From the IMG/VR virus record IMGVR_UViG_3300021963_000081, positions 22,280-86,279 of that record: a stretch of 64,000 nucleotides of DNA; one strand, given 5' to 3'. Source of the stretch: a virus. Shown here one piece after another: positions 58,206 to 64,000 of this stretch. A program made the translations under genes and the position numbers. The notes beneath the pieces are model-generated. The model was not told the DNA's origin. It was given only the letters and a program-made list of their open reading frames with translations, and made no database searches. Each line of letters opens with the position of its first letter. Position 1 is the stretch's first letter.

Positions 58206-58849
58206 TGAAATTAATTACCGAAAACATCAATGATGTTAGAGTTATCACCGAGGAACAAAACGGTGTTAAAACACTTTACATCACAGGACCATTTCTTGTA
58301 GCAGAAATGAAGAATCGTAATGGTCGTATGTATAAGACCGATACGCTTGCTAAAGAAGTTGGTCGTTATAACGAAGAGTACGTTACTAAGAATCGCGCAT
58401 TTGGTGAATTGGGTCATCCAGATTCACCATCAATTAATCTAGACCGAGTCTCTCACTTGATCACCTCTTTAAAGCAGGAAGGTAATCAGTGGATCGGTAA
58501 GGCAAAAATTCTTGAAACACCAATGGGTAAGATCGCCAAGTCCCTTATGGAAGGCGGTGCAACTCTCGGTGTCTCGTCACGTGGCATGGGTTCACTCAAA
58601 GAAGTAAACGGTGTCAACGTGGTTCAAGATGACTATTATCTAGCCACAGCGGCTGATATTGTAGCGGATCCGTCCGCACCTGGTGCTTTTGTTCAAGGTA
58701 TTATGGAAGGCAAAGAGTGGGTTTGGGATAATGGTAAAGTGAAGGAAATCGACGTCAATGCCTATTATGAGCAGATTAAAAGAGCAAAGCAAAAACAGAT
58801 TGACGAAGTTTCATTGAAGATCTTTGAAAACTTCTTGTCAAAACTTTAA
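58205..58849 (+). CDS. gp21: Prohead protease gp21
   Basis: MKLITE, NRNGR.Y, GELGHP, LGVSSRGMGSL, D.VADPSAP.AFV. Confidence 0.98.
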   Translation: MKLITENINDVRVITEEQNGVKTLYITGPFLVAEMKNRNGRMYKTDTLAKEVGRYNEEYVTKNRAFGELGHPDSPSINLDRVSHLITSLKQEGNQWIGKAKILETPMGKIAKSLMEGGATLGVSSRGMGSLKEVNGVNVVQDDYYLATAADIVADPSAPGAFVQGIMEGKEWVWDNGKVKEIDVNAYYEQIKRAKQKQIDEVSLKIFENFLSKL

Positions 58850-58853
58850 AATT

Positions 58854-58861
58854 TATAAATA
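58854..58861 (+). promoter_or_regulatory. Late promoter TATAAATA for gp22-gp23
   Basis: Exact consensus, intergenic, AGGAG SD downstream. Confidence 0.85.
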
Positions 58862-58888
58862 ATATTACTTCTTCAGGAGTTAAAACAA

Positions 58889-60109
58889 ATGAGTAAGACA
58901 TTATCAGAATCCGCTGCAGAAATTCTAAAAGCATCGATGAATGCTCATAAAGACGCAGCTGTAAAACTACCAGGCGAGATGGACGATCTCGGTGGTTCAA
59001 CAAAAGAAAAGCCAGAAGGCGACGATGTTGGTAAGAAAACTGCAGCTGGTGTTGGTGAAGCACCAAACCCTGGCAAATCAACAGTTGCTGGCGATAAGAA
59101 AATGGGCTCAGTAAAATCAGCAAATATCGCAAAGCCAGTTGTTGGTAACATGAATCCAAGTTTGGGTGAAGAAACAGAAGAAACAGAGGAAGAAGAAACT
59201 ATTCTCGAAGACTCTGAAGAAGAAGAGACTCTACCAGTCGTCGAAGCCAAGCATAAAGATGAAGATGAAAAAGAAATGGAAATGGCTGACGACGAAGATG
59301 ATAAAGAAGAAGACGAAGAAGAAGCAAACGAAGCCTGGAAGAAGTCAATGCTTGCCAAGCATAAGGGCAGCATGAAGGAAGATGTCGATGCGCTATTCAA
59401 TGGCGAATCACTCTCTGAAGAGTTCCGCACAAAAGCAACAACAATCTTCGAAGCTGCTGTTCAATCACGTGTTGATTCTATCCTTGAAGACGTAATGGCT
59501 GAGAACGATAAGGTTCTTACAGAAGCCGTTGATGCTCTTAAGGAAGAGATCGCTGGTCAAGTCGACGAATATCTAAACTATGTCGTTGAACAGTGGGTTG
59601 AAGACAATAAGGTTGCTGTAGAAACAGGTTTGCGCGCTGAACTCGTTGATGATTTCATCGGCGGTCTCAAGAATCTATTCGCAGAGCACTACATCGAAAT
59701 TCCTGAAGAGAAGGTTGATGTAGCAGAAGAACTTGCTGCTCGCGTTGCTGAACTTGAAGAATCAGTTGCCAAGTCAACAGAAGAAACAAGCGCAACAATC
59801 GCTTCCCTAACAGAACAACTCGATGCTGCAAAAAAGAACGAAGCAATTCGTAAGATCTGCGAAGGTCTAACTGAAGTGCAGATTGAGAAAATGAAATCGC
59901 TCGCAGAGGGCGTGGAGTTCACCACAGAAGGTGAGTTTGATAATAAGCTCGCAACAATCCGCGAGAACTACTTCCCAAGTAAAACCAATGTGAAGAGTGA
60001 GGTAAAGGCACTTCAAGAAACAGCTGTTGAAGAGCCAGAAGTAGCTGAAGTTCATGGTATGATGGCACATTATGTTAAGGCAATTACAAAAACGGCTCCA
60101 AAAGCCTAA
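58889..60109 (+). CDS. gp22: Prohead core scaffold gp22
   Basis: LSEEF..KA.TIFEAAV, VD.YL.YVVE.W..DN..A.E.G.R, LF.EHYI..P.EK.DV. Confidence 0.95.
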   Translation: MSKTLSESAAEILKASMNAHKDAAVKLPGEMDDLGGSTKEKPEGDDVGKKTAAGVGEAPNPGKSTVAGDKKMGSVKSANIAKPVVGNMNPSLGEETEETEEEETILEDSEEEETLPVVEAKHKDEDEKEMEMADDEDDKEEDEEEANEAWKKSMLAKHKGSMKEDVDALFNGESLSEEFRTKATTIFEAAVQSRVDSILEDVMAENDKVLTEAVDALKEEIAGQVDEYLNYVVEQWVEDNKVAVETGLRAELVDDFIGGLKNLFAEHYIEIPEEKVDVAEELAARVAELEESVAKSTEETSATIASLTEQLDAAKKNEAIRKICEGLTEVQIEKMKSLAEGVEFTTEGEFDNKLATIRENYFPSKTNVKSEVKALQETAVEEPEVAEVHGMMAHYVKAITKTAPKA

Positions 60110-60141
60110 TCAACTCATCTTTCTTAACGGAGAAATAAAAA

Positions 60142-61485
60142 ATGTATCTTAATGAAACATATGCAAGAAAGTGGGCTCCAGTTCTAGATCACGGCGATCT
60201 ACCAAAAATTACTGACCCATACAAGCGTGCAGTTACTGCACTCGTTCTAGAAAACCAAGAACGCGCCCTAATGGAAGAATCACGCTCAATGCAAAATCTT
60301 TGGGAAGCTGGTTCAGTCGCTGGTGGCGGTCTACCAAACAACATCGGTGGCGGTTCGTCACCAGTAGTTGGTGGTGAAGGCTCAATCAAGGGCTTCGACC
60401 CAATTCTAATCGGATTGGTCCGTCGCGCACTACCAAACCTAATGGCTTATGACATCTGCGGCGTTCAGCCAATGACTGGTCCAACAGGTTTGATCTTCGC
60501 AATGCGTTCAACATACGCATCTGCAACAGCTCGTGGTGGTGAAGCTCTTTATAACGAAGCAAACACAGGTCACTCAGGTAATGCTGCTACTGGCACACAG
60601 TCAACACTATCTGTCAATCCTGGTAATGCTAACTCATCAATCTTCGGTCTTGATAACACTGGTCCTGGCTTCTCAACAGCCTTCGGTGAATCAGCAAACC
60701 TAGCACAGATGGGCTTCCAAATCGATCGCGTTGCTGTTACAGCAAATACACGCGGTTTGCAAGCATCATACACGCTAGAACTTGCACAAGACCTCAAGGC
60801 AATTCACGGTCTAGATGCAGAAACAGAATTGACAAATATCTTGTCAACTGAAATTCTAGCAGAAATCAACCGCGAAGTTGTTCGTACTGTTTATGCAACT
60901 GCTAACGCAGGTATCACAAACAATGCAACAGGAAACGTCTTCAACCTATCTTCTTCAAGCGACACAAGCGGTCGTTGGCAAGTAGAAAAGTACAAGTCAC
61001 TCTTGTTCGCAATCGAACGCGCTGCTAACAAGATTGCCAAGGACACACGTCGTGGCAAGGGTAACATGGTCATCGTCTCAACAGACGTTGCATCAGCCCT
61101 CGCAATGACTGGTCTTCTTGACTATAACTCAGCACTAGCAGGTCAAACGAACCTAACAGTTGATGACACAGGCAACACATTCGCTGGTACGCTCTTCGGA
61201 CGTATCAAGGTCTATGTTGACCCATACTCTGTTTCTGGTACAGACTACTGCGTAGTAGGTTACAAGGGCACCAACGCTTATGACGCTGGTCTCTTCTACT
61301 GCCCATACGTTCCACTCCAGATGGTACGTGCTATCGATCCACAAACCTACCAGCCAAAGGTTGGCTTCAAGACACGTTATGGTCTAGTAGCAAACCCATT
61401 CGCAACTGGTGCTGGTACTGGTGCTCTAGCAAACGACACGAACATGTACTACCGCAAGTTCGTCGTTCTAAACATCAACCAATAA
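60142..61485 (+). CDS. gp23: Major capsid protein gp23
   Basis: KW.P.L, DP.LI.LVRR..PNL.AYD.CGVQPM.GPTGLIFAMRS, ELAQDLKAIHGLDAE.EL, FYCPYVPL, GFKTRYG. Confidence 0.99.
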   Translation: MYLNETYARKWAPVLDHGDLPKITDPYKRAVTALVLENQERALMEESRSMQNLWEAGSVAGGGLPNNIGGGSSPVVGGEGSIKGFDPILIGLVRRALPNLMAYDICGVQPMTGPTGLIFAMRSTYASATARGGEALYNEANTGHSGNAATGTQSTLSVNPGNANSSIFGLDNTGPGFSTAFGESANLAQMGFQIDRVAVTANTRGLQASYTLELAQDLKAIHGLDAETELTNILSTEILAEINREVVRTVYATANAGITNNATGNVFNLSSSSDTSGRWQVEKYKSLLFAIERAANKIAKDTRRGKGNMVIVSTDVASALAMTGLLDYNSALAGQTNLTVDDTGNTFAGTLFGRIKVYVDPYSVSGTDYCVVGYKGTNAYDAGLFYCPYVPLQMVRAIDPQTYQPKVGFKTRYGLVANPFATGAGTGALANDTNMYYRKFVVLNINQ

Positions 61486-61540
61486 TTGATGTGCTAGTAA
61501 GTTATTGCCGACTTTATAAAAATAATAAGGCAAAGAACTG

Positions 61541-61569
61541 GGGGGGCTTGAAAAAGCCCCCCTTTTTTT
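61541..61569 (+). terminator. Rho-independent terminator after gp23
   Basis: GGGGGGCTT-GAAA-AAGCCCCCC followed by T7. Confidence 0.92.
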
Positions 61570-61572
61570 ACA

Positions 61573-61580
61573 CCTAAATA
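61573..61580 (+). promoter_or_regulatory. Late promoter CCTAAATA for gp3
   Basis: Directly after the terminator; AGGAG SD before ATG 61608. Confidence 0.7.
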
Positions 61581-61607
61581 GTTGTATCGTTTCTAGGAGT
61601 AGAAAGA

Positions 61608-62150
61608 ATGACAGCACTTACGCGCACACCAACAAATACTGACTTACTACAAAGTACCAAATTTAGAGTGACGTTCGATCGTCTCCCTGGAGCAACATAC
61701 TATTGTCAAGCAGCAAATTTGCCTGGAGTTTCTCTTACAGAAGTTGTTCGCGCAACACCGTTTATTGATTTGTTTGTTCCTGGCGAAAAAATGATTTATG
61801 ATTCATTCAACATCACTTTTCTTGTTGATGAAGATTTGCGTTCATGGACAGAACTACATGACTGGATTCGCGGCATCACATTCCCAACTGATTTCAAAGA
61901 ATATGTTGACCTCGCTCGCCAAGCAAAGGCACCATACATTCGTGGGCGCGAAAAGAACAAACCACAATATTCAAGCGCAATCATGACAATGTTTACGAAC
62001 AAGAATAATCCAAACTTTCGCGTGAAGTTTGTTGACTTGTTTCCAACATCATTGTCAACAATTATGTTCAACTCTATGGACAGCGCAGAGAATATTGCTG
62101 TTGCTGATGCAACCTTTAGATTCGCATATTATGAATACGAAAGAATATAG
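61608..62150 (+). CDS. gp3: Tail completion/tube terminator gp3
   Basis: F...RLP...Y.CQ.ANLPG, PG.K..Y....ITFLVDED...W.E.H.W, F.DLFP.SLS. Confidence 0.9.
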   Translation: MTALTRTPTNTDLLQSTKFRVTFDRLPGATYYCQAANLPGVSLTEVVRATPFIDLFVPGEKMIYDSFNITFLVDEDLRSWTELHDWIRGITFPTDFKEYVDLARQAKAPYIRGREKNKPQYSSAIMTMFTNKNNPNFRVKFVDLFPTSLSTIMFNSMDSAENIAVADATFRFAYYEYERI

Positions 62151-62235
62151 AGTATAATTCTTGAAGCTCGGTTCAAAACCGACATACTCATTATAGTTGT
62201 ATTATGGGCAAGAGTAAAATCTTGTAGGAGACTTT

Positions 62236-63006
62236 ATGAAACAATTTCATATGATTGCTGGTCTGCCAAGATCAGGTTCGACTTTGTTGTCGTCCATTCT
62301 CTCTCAAAATCCACAATTTCATACTGGGATTTCTGATCCGTTAAACGGAGCAATCAGTAGAATTATACGAGAATTTTCAGTTGGCGGTGTATCCACTCAA
62401 TGCACTGAAGAACAAAAGTTGTCTGCATTGAGTGGATTTATTGATGGATATTATAATCATATCGATAAACCTATAGTCTTCAATACATCAAGATATTGGA
62501 CAGGAATGCTGCATGTTATGGATAAACTTAGATCTAATGCAAAAGTAATCTGCTGCGTTAGAGATATTCCTTGGATTATTAATTCATTTGAACTTTTGCA
62601 TAAAAAAAGTCCAACTTTACTTCCGTCTGAATGCGCCGAGGATGATGTTTATAGAAGATCTGATTATTGGTTTAATAATTTAGTTGTAAAAAATTTAAAT
62701 TCTTTGAAAGAAGGATTTTTTAGTCCATATAAAGAGAAGATGTTGTTTGTTGAGTATGAAAATCTTGCTCGTGAACCACAAAAAACAATGAAAACAATCT
62801 ACAAGTTTATAGGTGAACCATACTTTAAACATGATTTCAATAATGTTGAATCTTCTCATGATGAATTTGATATTGCGAAGCAACATGTGGGTCTGCATAA
62901 AACTAGAAAAAAAGTAGAGTTTATTGAGCAAGCACCAGTTATTCCACCTGATCTTTGGCGAGCATTCTCTGGACAAGAGTTCTGGCGCGACTTTACTTCA
63001 CAGTGA
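62236..63006 (+). CDS. PAPS-dependent sulfotransferase
   Basis: GLPRSGSTLL (5'-PSB loop), VRD....NS (3'-PB), V.YE.L...P. Confidence 0.85.
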   Translation: MKQFHMIAGLPRSGSTLLSSILSQNPQFHTGISDPLNGAISRIIREFSVGGVSTQCTEEQKLSALSGFIDGYYNHIDKPIVFNTSRYWTGMLHVMDKLRSNAKVICCVRDIPWIINSFELLHKKSPTLLPSECAEDDVYRRSDYWFNNLVVKNLNSLKEGFFSPYKEKMLFVEYENLAREPQKTMKTIYKFIGEPYFKHDFNNVESSHDEFDIAKQHVGLHKTRKKVEFIEQAPVIPPDLWRAFSGQEFWRDFTSQ

Positions 63007-63020
63007 GAATGTTATACAAT
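62992..63020 (+). promoter_or_regulatory. Sigma70-like (early/middle) promoter for uvsY-uvsW
   Basis: TTTACT - 17 nt - TACAAT, 28 nt before the uvsY ATG. Confidence 0.55.
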
Positions 63021-63048
63021 ATAGTTCCGATTTTAACATGACATTGCT

Positions 63049-63498
63049 ATGAAATTAGAGACATTGCCACTTGAAGAATTGATGATTCAGTGGGAGAAGG
63101 ATTCTGAAATTGATACTACAGAACCTGGCAAAGAGATTTTGCGAATTCCATTGATTCACAACAAGTATAACAAATATCTTTCATTGCACAATCTTGCCGC
63201 AAAACGCTGCGCTCTTGAGTTCGATAAATTAAAGAAACTCAAGTGGATGTATTACAATGGCAAACTTGATCAAGAAGAATTGGACAAACTTGGTTGGGAA
63301 CCATTTCGTTTTACTCTCAAGTCAGATATCTCGGTATATCTTGACGGCGATGACGATCTAAACAAACTCAAACGCAAGAAAGCCTACCATGAAGAAGCAG
63401 CAAAGTTTTGCGAAAACGTGATGAAAGAACTCAATAATCGAACTTGGCAATTACGTGAGTATATGGGCTGGGAGAAGTTTATCCAGGGTGCTCGATGA
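63049..63498 (+). CDS. uvsY: Recombination mediator UvsY
   Basis: W.KDS.ID, IP..H.KY, YY.GK, LKSD...YL..D. Confidence 0.9.
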   Translation: MKLETLPLEELMIQWEKDSEIDTTEPGKEILRIPLIHNKYNKYLSLHNLAAKRCALEFDKLKKLKWMYYNGKLDQEELDKLGWEPFRFTLKSDISVYLDGDDDLNKLKRKKAYHEEAAKFCENVMKELNNRTWQLREYMGWEKFIQGAR

Positions 63499-64000
63499 TA
63501 GAACACGTCGTTGTTGAAAAAGTAAATAACATTTACGTCCAAGTAACTGCTGAACCTGCCATCTTGCAAGAGATGGCAGAGTTCTTTACATTTTCAACTC
63601 CAGGCTATCAATTTTCTCCAGCCTTTCGAAATAAATATTGGGACGGAAAGATTCGACTTTTGAATCTAAACACACGACAAATCTATCTTGGTCTTGTTCC
63701 ATATATCAAGAAGTTTTGCAAGGACAGCAACTATACCTGCGAGTATATCGATGAAGAGAAGGAAATCTATCCTGTTGACACCAAAAATTTGGCTTCGGCT
63801 CTTTCTTTGTCGATTGAGCCCAGAGATTATCAGTTACTTGCGTCTAGCGTCGGACTTACAAAAAAGAGAACTGTACTCATTTCACCAACCGCGTCAGGAA
63901 AATCGTTAATCATTTATATGATGATTCGTCACCTGCTGAACACAGGTAAGAAGCGCGGATTGTTGATTGTTCCTACGATTAATCTCGTCACTCAGATGCA
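63495..64000 (+). CDS. uvsW: DNA helicase UvsW, 5' part (truncated by window end)
   Basis: Translated by hand from ATG 63495: FTF..PGY.F.P.FR...WDGKIRL, PRDYQ, SPTASGKSLIIY; not in the ORF track because the stop lies outside the window. Confidence 0.92.
   Translation, partial: MIEHVVVEKVNNIYVQVTAEPAILQEMAEFFTFSTPGYQFSPAFRNKYWDGKIRLLNLNTRQIYLGLVPYIKKFCKDSNYTCEYIDEEKEIYPVDTKNLASALSLSIEPRDYQLLASSVGLTKKRTVLISPTASGKSLIIYMMIRHLLNTGKKRGLLIVPTINLVTQM

Noticed and set aside
61501-61538. Imperfect hairpin (TTGCC...GGCAA) between the gp23 stop and the terminator as an ncRNA
   Set aside because: Short, AT-rich and weak; no recognisable RNA family.
1-64000. Host assignment (for example cyanophage) from gene order
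   Set aside because: Synteny resembles environmental T4-like phages, but there are no host-diagnostic genes in this window.

Overview
A 64-kb stretch of a large T4-like (myovirus) phage genome containing almost the whole virion module. A short minus-strand block (gp51, gp26, gp54-like, gp2, gp4) diverges from a long plus-strand late block: gp48, gp53, gp27-like, gp5, gp25, gp6, gp7, gp8, a split VrlC/DUF4815-like pair with a Hint domain, a ~22-kb fibre and modification island, gp13-gp23, gp3, a sulfotransferase, uvsY and the start of uvsW. T4-type late promoters (xxTAAATA) precede many genes. I saw no tRNA, rRNA, CRISPR array or IS element. Standout observation: two paralogous ~700-aa proteins (28681-30762 and 30822-32987) are built as N-cap / repeat arm / unique knob / repeat arm / C-cap. 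The arms consist of runs of 4-residue xxxY units alternating with runs of 5-residue Pxxxx units. In each protein the run lengths of the second arm, read backwards, reproduce those of the first arm with Y and P swapped at 21 of 22 positions, and the two paralogs use different codes. This looks like a self-complementary protein hairpin ('zipper') carrying a variable tip. It sits directly upstream of a 2OG-Fe(II) hydroxylase and a Gnt1/GT60-like hydroxyproline GlcNAc-transferase. All calls come from motif recognition and synteny; no database search was run.
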